DNA of 53,411 nt from Pseudomonadota bacterium (GCA_039030125.1 JBCCEV010000002.1:1-53411); one strand, 5' to 3'; shown: positions 16,632 to 26,216, counted from the first letter of the stretch. Notes: generated from the sequence alone by a model not told the origin. Made by a program: numbers and translations.

Positions 16632-19457
16632 ATGATTGCAGAGTGTTTTCCTGGCCAGCGGTGGATCAGCAACACCGAGCCTGAGCTGGGCTTGGGGATT
16701 GTTTTTGAAGTTGCCGATCGGCGGGTCGTCATTACCTATCCGGCTGGCGACGAGCGCCGCATCTATGCACTCGATAATGCGCCATTAACCCGGGTTCGCT
16801 ATCGGATTTCTGACCGGATCCGAGACGAAGAAGGTAGCGAAATCATCATTTCCGGCATTGACGAGATCGAAAACTGTGTCGTTTACACCGGCGTTACCGC
16901 CGACGGCCGCGAAGCCCAGATCCACGAAATCGAGCTCGATAGTTTTGTCCAATTCAGCCGCCCACTCGATCGTCTTTTTACTGGCCAGATCGATAGCGGA
17001 GCAAAGTTTAGGCTGCGAGTTGACACGCTCAATCATCACCAACGCCATCGGATGTCACCGGTCTACGGCTTACTGGGTCCACGCGTCCAGTTGCTGCCCC
17101 ATCAATTTTATATTGCCAGCGTCGTTGCCTCGCGCCACGCACCGCGCGTTCTGCTTGCCGACGAGGTTGGGTTGGGGAAAACGATCGAGGCAGGTCTGAT
17201 CACCCACCGTCTGTTGCTCACCGGTCGGGCCGAGCGGGTTTTAATCGTGGTGCCTGACAGTCTGGTGCATCAATGGCTGGTCGAGATGCTGCGCCGCTTC
17301 AACTTACATTTCTCGATCATTGATGAGGGGCTGGCCGCAGAGATCGAAACCTCGGAAGAACAAAATCCTTTTGAGTCCGCTCAGCTCATCCTAAGCCCGC
17401 AAAGTTTTATTACCAGCGACGATAGCCGGCTTCAACAAGCCGTCGAGGCGGGTTGGGACTTAATGATCGTCGATGAGGCTCATCACCTGGCCTGGAGTGA
17501 ATCGGAGATCAGTCGCGAATATCACGCGATCGCGAAGTTGGCCTCGGCGAGCGCGGGACTCCTGCTGCTTACCGCCACGCCTGAACAACTTGGGGTTGCC
17601 GGTCACTTTGCAAGACTCGCGCTGCTTGATCCGCACCGCTACGCCGATCTCGGGAAATTTAAAGATGAGGAAGCCGCGTATGCCGAGGTAAGCGCGCTGA
17701 TTGCGGAAATTTCCACATGTAATGGCCCGCTGGGCCCGGATCTCCTGGCAACGGTCGGAAATTATATTGGGTCTCAACGCGCCGCGGCCTTGAACGAACG
17801 GGACCAGCCGGCAAAACAATTAACCGAAGAGTTGCTCGATCGCCATGGCACGGGACGGGTGCTCTTTCGAAATTGCCGGGACAACGTCGAAGGTTTTCCC
17901 GAGCGCCGTGTACAGCTTTATCCATTGGCACTGCCCGCGCCTTACGAGGCGTTCGAGGTGAATGAGGATACTCAAGCGCTATGCCCCGAGTCGATTGTCG
18001 AGGATTGGCAACACTTTGACCCCCGAGTCGACTGGCTGGTTGATTGGATTAAAGACAAGGCGGGTGAAAAAGCCCTCATCATCTGCGCGCGCAAACAAAC
18101 CGCCCAAGTCCTTGAGGAGTGGTTGCGCCTGCGTAAGGGTGTTCGCTCTGCGGTTTTCCACGAAGATCTGGACTTAGTCCAGCGTGACCGTGCCGCCGCT
18201 TATTTTGCTGACGACGAGGAAAACGCCGAGGTACTGATTTGTTCGGAAATCGGTAGCGAGGGCCGGAATTTCCAATTCGCGCATCACTTGGTCTTGTTCG
18301 ACCTGCCGCTTAACCCGGACTTGCTGGAGCAACGGATCGGCCGTCTGGACAGGATCGGTCAACAGGCAACCGTTGAGATCCATGTGCCGTATTTCGAACA
18401 CAGCGCAAGCCACATACTGGCACGTTGGATTCATGAGGGCCTCGATGCCTTCGAGCGGGTCTCGCCCGCCGCCCCAGCGCTCAGGCATGAATTTGCCAAC
18501 GACCTAATCCGTGCCTTGAATCAGCCGCGCGATGGCGCCCATTTGCAGACCCTGCTTGAGAATACGCACAAGCGTGGGCTAGAAATTTCAGAGCTTCTGC
18601 AGGCCGGGCGCGATCGGTTGATCGAACTCAATAGTTTTGACGACACCGTGGCGGAAAACATCATCGCCGAGGTTCGGTCTGCCGAAGAGCGGATGGTTCT
18701 GCGCGATTACATGGATCTGGTGTTCGATGCCTTCGGCGTGGAACACGAAGAGAACGATATTCATAGCGAAGTGGTCCAACCCGGCGATCACATGAGTTGC
18801 GAGAGTTTCCCGGCGCTACCCGAGGGCGGGCTAACGATTACTTTTGACCGCGCGCAAGCCCAAACGCGCGATGAAATGCATTTCCTGACCTGGGAGCATC
18901 CCATGGTCGCAGGTGCGATTGATATGGTTCTTGGCAGTGAATTCGGGAACTCGAACCTTGGCGTGGTCAAAAACGCCGACTTAAAACCCGGGACAATTCT
19001 GGTCGAAGGGTTTTTTGTGATTGTTTGCCCGGCACCAAAAACCCTGCGGGTGGAGCGTTTCCTTGCCGCCACGACCCTTCGCGTAGTGGTTGATGATGCG
19101 GGAGAAGAAAGGACGCAAACCTTAACGATCGATTGGTTGGACCAGAATATTCGCGACATTCCAGCGATGACGGCACAAAAAATTCTGCCCAAAATCCGCG
19201 ATCAAGCCGAGGCCTTAAGCGATCACGCGGCACACATCGCCGAAAGCCGTCAGGAGCCCTTAGTCGATGAGGCGATTGCGATGATGCACGAGGAAATGGA
19301 GATCGAGCGCGAACGCTTGATCCAGCTCGCGAAAATCAATCCAAACATTCGCGAAGAAGAAATCAAGGCCATCGAGCGCGACGAGGCCAGCTACCTTGGC
19401 TACTTAAAGAACGCTCAACTGAAACTTGATGCGGTGCGGATCGCGATGGTTGTCTAG
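16632..19457 (+). CDS. rapA: RNA polymerase-associated SNF2 ATPase RapA (HepA)
   Basis: 941 aa. Helicase motif I ADEVGLGKTIEAG, DEAH box IVDEAHHL, motif VI QRIGRLDRIGQ, and an N-terminal FPGQRWISNTEPELGLG typical of RapA. Confidence 0.9.
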   Translation: MIAECFPGQRWISNTEPELGLGIVFEVADRRVVITYPAGDERRIYALDNAPLTRVRYRISDRIRDEEGSEIIISGIDEIENCVVYTGVTADGREAQIHEIELDSFVQFSRPLDRLFTGQIDSGAKFRLRVDTLNHHQRHRMSPVYGLLGPRVQLLPHQFYIASVVASRHAPRVLLADEVGLGKTIEAGLITHRLLLTGRAERVLIVVPDSLVHQWLVEMLRRFNLHFSIIDEGLAAEIETSEEQNPFESAQLILSPQSFITSDDSRLQQAVEAGWDLMIVDEAHHLAWSESEISREYHAIAKLASASAGLLLLTATPEQLGVAGHFARLALLDPHRYADLGKFKDEEAAYAEVSALIAEISTCNGPLGPDLLATVGNYIGSQRAAALNERDQPAKQLTEELLDRHGTGRVLFRNCRDNVEGFPERRVQLYPLALPAPYEAFEVNEDTQALCPESIVEDWQHFDPRVDWLVDWIKDKAGEKALIICARKQTAQVLEEWLRLRKGVRSAVFHEDLDLVQRDRAAAYFADDEENAEVLICSEIGSEGRNFQFAHHLVLFDLPLNPDLLEQRIGRLDRIGQQATVEIHVPYFEHSASHILARWIHEGLDAFERVSPAAPALRHEFANDLIRALNQPRDGAHLQTLLENTHKRGLEISELLQAGRDRLIELNSFDDTVAENIIAEVRSAEERMVLRDYMDLVFDAFGVEHEENDIHSEVVQPGDHMSCESFPALPEGGLTITFDRAQAQTRDEMHFLTWEHPMVAGAIDMVLGSEFGNSNLGVVKNADLKPGTILVEGFFVIVCPAPKTLRVERFLAATTLRVVVDDAGEERTQTLTIDWLDQNIRDIPAMTAQKILPKIRDQAEALSDHAAHIAESRQEPLVDEAIAMMHEEMEIERERLIQLAKINPNIREEEIKAIERDEASYLGYLKNAQLKLDAVRIAMVV

Positions 19458-19460
19458 CGC

Positions 19461-19946
19461 TTAGATCGATTGAAAATCGGCGCTCGCAAGAACCACGGAG
19501 GTTTCGATCTGCCGCTGGGGGATCTGCCAATAGGTTTTCAATAAACGCTCGGCCGTTGCGTCGTCCATCACTCGAAATCCGTGACGCTGATAGAAACGCA
19601 CCGCCCAACTCGCGGCTTTCCAGGTTCCGACGAGTATCGGCGTGGTCGTCTGTTGACGTAACTCACGGAGCAACCTCGTCCCCAACCCTCGTCCTTGATG
19701 CTTGGTCCTAACGTAAGCGTGGCGGAGTAAATGAACCTCACCTCGATCTTGAATCCCCATGACGGCGACGACCTCTTTCGCAACCGACAAGGTGCGAAAC
19801 CTCACACCATCGGCGATCTCGGACTCGAGCTCGGCAATACCCATGTAAGGAACGTGCCAGCGATCGGCGGGGATGACGCCTTGGTAGGCTTGAGCCGCAT
19901 CGTTGATCACTTGAGCGATCACTTCGACGTCCGTGGCTAACGACAT
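19461..19946 (-). CDS. GNAT-family N-acetyltransferase
   Basis: 161 aa. HQGRGLGTRLL acetyl-CoA loop and FYQRHGF. Confidence 0.75.
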   Translation of the reverse strand: MSLATDVEVIAQVINDAAQAYQGVIPADRWHVPYMGIAELESEIADGVRFRTLSVAKEVVAVMGIQDRGEVHLLRHAYVRTKHQGRGLGTRLLRELRQQTTTPILVGTWKAASWAVRFYQRHGFRVMDDATAERLLKTYWQIPQRQIETSVVLASADFQSI

Positions 19947-20192
19947 TTAGATAACTAGGCGCGGGCTTTCAGCATCTCAGGGCTTCAACCGGCAGCCGTT
20001 CGAGACCGGGGTGGTGCGGCCTTCATGGACATCATTCGATATCCAGCCGCGCCCGCATGAACTGTGCGTGGCGCTCGGGGGCCAAGACTCAAACCAACGC
20101 GCGACTCGGCTCATCGTCGTTCAGGGCCGAGCTCTAAACACCACGCGCTTGGCACCCTAGACAATGAGTCGGCCCTTAACCCCGCGCCGGTC

Positions 20193-20660
20193 TTAGGTTT
20201 GCCGCTCCGCGGTCATGCGCAAGCTGGCGCGCAGGTGCTTGTATTTCCATTCGCCATTCACTTTCACATAGTCGTCATCGTAGCGGATCGCAAACCATTT
20301 CTCGTCACCGTTCTCTGTGAAAGTCCAAGGGCCGGAAAGGTACCAGATCGCCGTCGCCGCATCGCCATTCACATCGATGATGGGATTGGAAATGTTGTGT
20401 TGCGAGAAGCTGAACATGTCCTGAAACTTTTGAAAAAGATCCTTGATCTCGGCATGCCCTTTCGCCAGACCAAAGTCTTCGCTTTCCCAAATGCCATCTT
20501 CGACAAATACCGAGGTCACTCGATCGGGGTTGTGCATGTCGTCGCATATTTCACAATATTGCGCCTTGAGCTTCTTGATGGCCTCCACGTCTTCAATATG
20601 AGTTATGCGGGCTTCTAATTCTGCTAATTCCACTTTTTTTCTCCTTTGGCTTTTTTCCAT
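20193..20660 (-). CDS. SnoaL_4/NTF2-like fold protein
   Basis: About 155 aa. IEDVEAIKKLKAQYCEICD ... WYLSGPWTF ... YDDDYVKVNGEWKYKHL is the SnoaL_4 pattern. The ATG at 20660 is preferred over the TTG at 20663. Confidence 0.7.
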   Translation of the reverse strand: MEKSQRRKKVELAELEARITHIEDVEAIKKLKAQYCEICDDMHNPDRVTSVFVEDGIWESEDFGLAKGHAEIKDLFQKFQDMFSFSQHNISNPIIDVNGDAATAIWYLSGPWTFTENGDEKWFAIRYDDDYVKVNGEWKYKHLRASLRMTAERQT

Positions 20661-20681
20661 CAACCGTCAAACTGAGAATAT

Positions 20682-21137
20682 CTAACGGCCGAAGACTTCC
20701 ACGCGGCACGCCGCGAATTCGTCACTGGTTGCGCCCCATTGGTCCTCGATGAGGGTATTAATGCACTCGGTCATTCGTTTGGAAATATCCGCCACCCGAG
20801 TTGCAGATTCGACAGGTTTGTCCATATTGTCGACAATCACCTCCACCATTTCCGGCACGGGACAGTAGGCGGCGATGGAATGCATCGCGTCATCGCACTT
20901 CTCAGCCGCTACCTTGAGGCATTGAAGGAACTGCTCATCGCACAGTAATTTTCGATAATTCTGCACAAATTTGCTCTCCAGTGTGCTCTGATCTTCTGCA
21001 TGCAAGGTAATGCTGAATACCGACCCGAGTAGCATCGCGATGGCCGCTTGGATGACTACTATCTGACGCAACAAGTTCAGGCCCGTTGTTGAGTGCAACT
21101 GCGAATTCCCGTTAACCACAAATATCGTTTGCATCAT
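20682..21137 (-). CDS. hypothetical Cys-rich secreted protein
   Basis: Hydrophobic segment IVVIQAAIAMLLGSVFSITLHA/ED, then about 100 aa containing 6 Cys. The start is set at the MM at 21137 so it does not overlap the divergent GST gene. The start is uncertain. Confidence 0.45.
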   Translation of the reverse strand: MMQTIFVVNGNSQLHSTTGLNLLRQIVVIQAAIAMLLGSVFSITLHAEDQSTLESKFVQNYRKLLCDEQFLQCLKVAAEKCDDAMHSIAAYCPVPEMVEVIVDNMDKPVESATRVADISKRMTECINTLIEDQWGATSDEFAACRVEVFGR

Positions 21138-21204
21138 AAGCGAGTTGGCGACGCGAAGCGCCTTTAGAGCAAACCAAACCGCCATTAACAACGTAGCGAC
21201 CACA

Positions 21205-21942
21205 ATGTCAGACCTGCTCCGGCTTTACGAATTTCCCCACTCCCACTTTTGCGAGGTCGCGCGTTGGGCGTTGAATCGTAAGGGGCTGAAATTCCGTTCA
21301 ACCTGTCTAACACCTGGATTTCATATCCTGAGGACACGGGCGATGGGACTTGAGACCTCGCTACCTATCCTGATCCACGGTCACACTAAAATCCAGGGAT
21401 CGGGCGCTATCATAAATTACCTCGAGCACGCCTACCCCGATCCCCCATTGACCGTTGGTGCAGCGCAAGACGAGTTTGAAGCCTTTGAGCGTAGGGTCGC
21501 GATGAGAATAGGCGTCCCGCTCAGGCGGCTGTGTTACTTCTACCTTCTCGATCATCCGCAACTCATTGAGTTTTGTTTTATGCACCGCTCGCCGTGGCTC
21601 GCCAGGCAATACTTCAAGGTGCTATACCCGATACTGCAACAAAAGCTGATCGAGGCTTATAACATCACCGAGAAAGGCGCGGCGCAAGCGCAAGAAGAAC
21701 TCACTACCGCAATCGAGCACTTCGACAAAATGCTTGGCGAGCGTGAATATTTTTTCGGCGAGAATTTTTCGCGTGCCGATCTAACCTTCGCCTCATTACT
21801 GGCCTTTATGGTGATGCCCGTAAAGTACCCGGTACCCTGGCCCGAGCAGTTTCAGTCTTTGGAAATCAAACCCTGGTTTGATTCGTTCAGTAAGTGTTCG
21901 AGCTACCAGCATGTACACCGAACTTACGCCGCCCACCGCTAG
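21205..21942 (+). CDS. glutathione S-transferase-family protein
   Basis: The ATG at 21205 gives MSDLLRLYEFPHSHFCEVARWAL, a thioredoxin-like GST N-domain. The helical C-domain contains FFGENFSRADL. Confidence 0.65.
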   Translation: MSDLLRLYEFPHSHFCEVARWALNRKGLKFRSTCLTPGFHILRTRAMGLETSLPILIHGHTKIQGSGAIINYLEHAYPDPPLTVGAAQDEFEAFERRVAMRIGVPLRRLCYFYLLDHPQLIEFCFMHRSPWLARQYFKVLYPILQQKLIEAYNITEKGAAQAQEELTTAIEHFDKMLGEREYFFGENFSRADLTFASLLAFMVMPVKYPVPWPEQFQSLEIKPWFDSFSKCSSYQHVHRTYAAHR

Positions 21943-22098
21943 CAGCATCAACTCCCAACCCCATCGGTACCGGCAGCGACGCCGCTGGGAAACCTCCGAA
22001 CCGGTTCGCGCTTTCGTTGCGTCATTCCTAATGCTCGATGCGTGAGCGCGGCCCTCGTGCGTTCCGAGCACGCTGCCTAGCGTAAAACACGATGAGCG

Positions 22099-23061
22099 CT
22101 AGAGTTGAGGATGGGCGAAATGCAGACGTTGGTCACAAACGGGCGAGGTAATCGACTCGGAGAGCGTTAATTCTCCGATGGTCCTCCACGTTGCCCTACT
22201 CTTGCTGGACGCTTCTTCGGCTGCATCTACGCGGTACACGATGCGGTTGTCAGGATAGTTTTCGACCCGCAATTCGTCGCGAAAATCCTTGGCATTAATG
22301 CGGGGTAAGGCGCTACGCGCAGATAACCGCAACCAGTGCGGCGCCCTGCCGATCTCCTGGCTCTCATTCACGTTGGCCAGGTGGGCGACGGGCCGAAACC
22401 CATAATCACCGCCGTGCGGACCGCTGACTTCTCGGTCCGCGGCTTGCAGATCCGAGCGGATCCGCAGCGCCAGCCCAAGCATCCTGAACTCAGGTAAACC
22501 ACCAAGCGGTGGTTCATTGTCCAACACCGCATCGAGAACGTGGTTACGGCTCGATCCGGCAATCGTATCCATCACGAAAAAATTAGCGCTCGCCACCTGC
22601 GTGCGTTCGGTGGCAGCAGGAAATATCTTAATCGCCAAACCAAAAGCCCGCCGCGCGGGCGCCTCGGTTTCGCTCAGCGACACCGAAGCGCGAACAATGG
22701 CTCGCAATCGGGTCCCGGCGCTCAGCAGGCCAGAGAAAGGAGAAGACGCATCAATTTGCCAAATCCCCGCGAAGCAGATGCCGTTCGGCTGCAAGAGCTT
22801 CTGCCCGGCTGGGAAGTCGAATAAATCCACGGTCGAACGCAGGGTCCGGCGCGCGGCTTCGCGGAAGTGATTGGCGGTCGAGTCTCCAGCTTTCCCTAAC
22901 AGCGCCAGATCCACCGCATATTGAGGCAACCGAGAATAGGCCTCGGCAAACACGGCGCGATAAACCTCAGTGTAGGAAGTACCTTGCTCCGCAGCGCGTG
23001 CCAGCGCGAGATTCGAAAGCAAAAGCACCATAACAGGGCCGTATTTTCGGATGATGATCAC
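22099..23061 (-). CDS. secreted hypothetical protein, probable catalase-fold (y4iL-like) heme-protein relative
   Basis: 320 aa, GTG start, signal-like MIIIRKYGPVMVLLLSNLALARA/AE. IVRASVS, RRAFGLAIKIF and ANFFVMD occur in the same order and similar spacing as the catalase motifs VRFSTV, RGFAVKFY and PVFFIRD. This is an alignment by eye only. Confidence 0.5.
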   Translation of the reverse strand: MIIIRKYGPVMVLLLSNLALARAAEQGTSYTEVYRAVFAEAYSRLPQYAVDLALLGKAGDSTANHFREAARRTLRSTVDLFDFPAGQKLLQPNGICFAGIWQIDASSPFSGLLSAGTRLRAIVRASVSLSETEAPARRAFGLAIKIFPAATERTQVASANFFVMDTIAGSSRNHVLDAVLDNEPPLGGLPEFRMLGLALRIRSDLQAADREVSGPHGGDYGFRPVAHLANVNESQEIGRAPHWLRLSARSALPRINAKDFRDELRVENYPDNRIVYRVDAAEEASSKSRATWRTIGELTLSESITSPVCDQRLHFAHPQL

Positions 23062-23153
23062 GGGAACCGAATCCTACCTTGAGAGTCGAAAATGACGTAT
23101 TTTGAGTTCCACCACTGTCGAACCACGCCATCGATGGCACGAGCAGAATAATA

Positions 23154-24416
23154 ATGTCTTTCCAACCAGGCGCGCTGACAGCAGCGCAGGAGCGGATGGG
23201 GACGCTTTTTACGCCCAACCAAATCCTCGGCCGCACTCAACCCATTGGATGCACGGCAGTAGAAATCACACAGCGGTGCAATCTTGACTGCACCTTGTGT
23301 TACTTGTCCGAGCACTCCGAATCGGTACGAGATATTCCGATTGACGAAATTTTCAATCGGCTTGATGAGATCCGGCGGCTTTACGGACAACGCGTCCATG
23401 TTCAGATCACTGGCGGCGACCCGACCTTACGCAAGCATACTGAACTCATCGAAATCGTCCGTTACGCGAGTTCTCTCGGTTTATATCCAGCACTGTTTAC
23501 GAACGGCATCGCGGCGAGCCGTAAACTGCTCAAGGCTCTTGCCGCGGCCGGCTTAAAAGACATCGCATTTCATGTTGATATGACGCAGCGCCGCGAAGGA
23601 TTCACGAGCGAAATCGAGCTTTGCGAGCTCCGCGATGACTACATCGCCCGGACCCAGGGTCTTGGGCTTACGGTGTTGTTCAACACAACATTGGGCGATC
23701 ACAACATCGACGAACTAGCGGGTCTGGTTCAATATTTTTTAAAGCGCGCCGAGTGCGTAAGTTTTGCTTCATTTCAGATGCAGGCCGCCACCGGCCGCGG
23801 CGAATGGGGCGCACGCCAAGAAACCCTTACCGCGCCCGCCGTGCGCGCCCAGATTGATCGGGCAGTCGGGCGATCACTGCCCTGGGACGTGATCCGGATC
23901 GGCCACCCCGATTGTCACGCTTATGTGCCGCTCATCGTTGCCGGCGGCGAGACGGTTCCGGTTATCGAGGACCGTAAATTATTTGCCGAGTTCATCGCCG
24001 ACTTTGCCGCCGTTAAAGCCGATCGGCATTCATCGCCGTGGGCCCTCTTGTGGCGCTATCTGCGGGCCACATTAAGGCGTCCGCGCTGGATTTGGCGGGC
24101 GCTGCGTCATGCCGGACATCTGCTTTATGAGCTGCGCGGTGGCTTACAGCGATCGCGCCCGCAGCGTTTGTCGCTGTTCGTGCACGACTTCATGGATGCC
24201 TCGGCGCTCGATCCCGAACGCACTGCCGCCTGCTCATTCATGGTTATGACCGCCGACGGCCCGCTCTCGATGTGCGAACACAATGCGAAGCGCGACAATC
24301 ACATCCTTAAGCCGATCACCTTCATCGATCGCAGGGGCGAGCAGCAAACTTTCGTTCCGTTTGATGCCCGCCGCGCGGAGAAAAAGCTTGCGGGCGCCGC
24401 AAACAAGGTCGCCTAG
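23154..24416 (+). CDS. radical SAM enzyme, subfamily unassigned
   Basis: 420 aa. CNLDCTLCY (CxxxCxxC, nt 23277-23300), ITGGDPTLR SAM-binding motif, and a C-terminal FVHDFMD...CSFMVMTADGPLSMCEHN Cys pair. Confidence 0.8.
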   Translation: MSFQPGALTAAQERMGTLFTPNQILGRTQPIGCTAVEITQRCNLDCTLCYLSEHSESVRDIPIDEIFNRLDEIRRLYGQRVHVQITGGDPTLRKHTELIEIVRYASSLGLYPALFTNGIAASRKLLKALAAAGLKDIAFHVDMTQRREGFTSEIELCELRDDYIARTQGLGLTVLFNTTLGDHNIDELAGLVQYFLKRAECVSFASFQMQAATGRGEWGARQETLTAPAVRAQIDRAVGRSLPWDVIRIGHPDCHAYVPLIVAGGETVPVIEDRKLFAEFIADFAAVKADRHSSPWALLWRYLRATLRRPRWIWRALRHAGHLLYELRGGLQRSRPQRLSLFVHDFMDASALDPERTAACSFMVMTADGPLSMCEHNAKRDNHILKPITFIDRRGEQQTFVPFDARRAEKKLAGAANKVA

Positions 24417-24417
24417 C

Positions 24418-25179
24418 ATGCACTACCGGGTCGCCGTCGTACTGCTAGCTTTAATCTTGAGCCCTACCGCCGACGCCGAGACGCGCGAGTCTTGGCTATC
24501 AATATTGGACCTGTGGGGGAATATTCTGGAGCGTTATGTCGACGAACAAGGGCGCACTGATTTCATCGCGCTGGCCCGTGATCGCTCGCAGTTAGAGACC
24601 GCGGTGAGCTTTATTTCCACGGTCAGTCCCGAGACCCATCCCAAGGTTTTCTCAACAAAAAACCAAAAACTCGCCTATCACATCAACGCCTACAATATCC
24701 TCGCCATGAATGGTGTCGTCGCGACAGGGCTTCCCAGCGACTTCGACAGCATTTGGAAACGCGCTAAGTTTTTCAAATTTCGTGACGTCATTATTGGCGG
24801 CAACGAAACCAATCTTTATGACTATGAGAACAAAATCATTCGTCCGCTTGGCGAGCCTCGTATTCATTTCGTACTCAATTGCATGGTGCGAGCTTGCCCA
24901 CGCCTGCCCCGAACCCCATTGATGGCGGCAAGCCTGGATGAGGATCTGGATTCGCTGACCCGGGGGTTCTTCGCCGATCCGAAGCATTTGCAAATCGACA
25001 CCGATAAGAAATTGATTCAAGTGTCAGAAATACTGGACTTCTACACTGAAGATTTCGTCGCCTCGGGCAAGGCACGCGATTTACCGACCTACATAAATCG
25101 CTATCTCGATACACCGCTGCCGCAAGGATACAAGGTTCGCTTCATCGACTACGACTGGACGGTCAACCAACAGCCCTAA
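24418..25179 (+). CDS. DUF547 domain protein, secreted
   Basis: The ATG lies 1 nt after the radical SAM stop. Signal MHYRVAVVLLALILSPTADA/ET. AYHINAYNILAMNGV ... EPRIHFVLNCMVRACPRLP matches the DUF547 core. Confidence 0.75.
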   Translation: MHYRVAVVLLALILSPTADAETRESWLSILDLWGNILERYVDEQGRTDFIALARDRSQLETAVSFISTVSPETHPKVFSTKNQKLAYHINAYNILAMNGVVATGLPSDFDSIWKRAKFFKFRDVIIGGNETNLYDYENKIIRPLGEPRIHFVLNCMVRACPRLPRTPLMAASLDEDLDSLTRGFFADPKHLQIDTDKKLIQVSEILDFYTEDFVASGKARDLPTYINRYLDTPLPQGYKVRFIDYDWTVNQQP

Positions 25180-25262
25180 CGGCTTTCCGCCTCGACTATT
25201 CGCCGCCAAAGCCTCAGACATGCTAGCCTTCGCGCCTTTATCAAGCTTTAGAGGACGCTTTC

Positions 25263-26216
25263 TTGTCGGCGCAACCATCTCCGGCCAACAGTGCGCGAGA
25301 CGCCATTGTTGCGCTTCAGACGCGGTTTGAAAAAACCGGATACATCTCAAACGACAGCATAGCAACCGCGGTTTACCTCTCGCAGCAGCTCGATAAACCG
25401 GTGCTGGTCGAAGGCCCACCCGGCGTCGGCAAGACCGAACTTGCGCGCGCGACAGCAGAAATTCTCGAAAAAGATTTAATCCGTCTGCAGTGCTACGAAG
25501 GTCTCGATGAAGGCAAGGCACTCTACGAGTGGCAGTACGGCAAGCAACTCCTTTATACGCAGGTTTTGAAAGAAAAACTTGGCGATCTGATGCAAGGCGC
25601 CGAAGGCCTGAAGGCATCGATCGATCGTCTGCACGAATTCGACGACACCTTTTTCAACGAAGAATTCTTGGAGCCGCGACCGTTACTTAAGGCCCTTTGG
25701 TCTGACGGTGGCTCGGTGCTGCTGATTGATGAAATAGACAAATCCGATCAGGAATTCGAGGCCTTTCTTCTTGAGATATTGCAGGACTATCAGGTCTCCA
25801 TCCCGGAAATTGGCACCATAGCCGCTAAGCACAGACCCATTGTTTTTTTAACATCTAACAACACCCGCGAGCTTGGTGACGCATTAAAAAGACGCTGCAT
25901 ACACCTTTATATCCCGTTCCCGGATGCCAAGTTGGAGCAGCGGATCGTCGAATCCCGCGCACCTGAGGTCGATGCTGCGCTGCGCACGCAACTGGTTACT
26001 TTCGTGCAGGCTTTACGCGAACTCGACCTTAAGAAAGTGCCCGCGGTGAGTGAAACAATCGATTGGGCGCGCGCGCTGCTCCTGCTCCATAGCAATTCTC
26101 TCGACGCCGCCTTGGTTCGCGAGACCTTGAACCTTCTCCTAAAATTTCAAGACGACATCGACGCGGTCAACAGCGAAATCCCCACCTTGGTGAGAACCGC
26201 CCAGAAGTCCGTCTAA
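25263..26216 (+). CDS. MoxR/CoxD-like AAA+ ATPase
   Basis: 317 aa, TTG start with gagga 7 nt upstream. Walker A GPPGVGKT and Walker B LLIDEIDK. Confidence 0.8.
   Translation: MSAQPSPANSARDAIVALQTRFEKTGYISNDSIATAVYLSQQLDKPVLVEGPPGVGKTELARATAEILEKDLIRLQCYEGLDEGKALYEWQYGKQLLYTQVLKEKLGDLMQGAEGLKASIDRLHEFDDTFFNEEFLEPRPLLKALWSDGGSVLLIDEIDKSDQEFEAFLLEILQDYQVSIPEIGTIAAKHRPIVFLTSNNTRELGDALKRRCIHLYIPFPDAKLEQRIVESRAPEVDAALRTQLVTFVQALRELDLKKVPAVSETIDWARALLLLHSNSLDAALVRETLNLLLKFQDDIDAVNSEIPTLVRTAQKSV

Noticed and set aside
19461-20192. GNAT acetyltransferase as a possible TacT/AtaT-type toxin with an upstream antitoxin
   Set aside because: Manual translation of the 246-nt upstream gap gives only a 45-aa ORF with no RHH/DUF1778-like features. 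The GNAT also lacks any tightly coupled partner.
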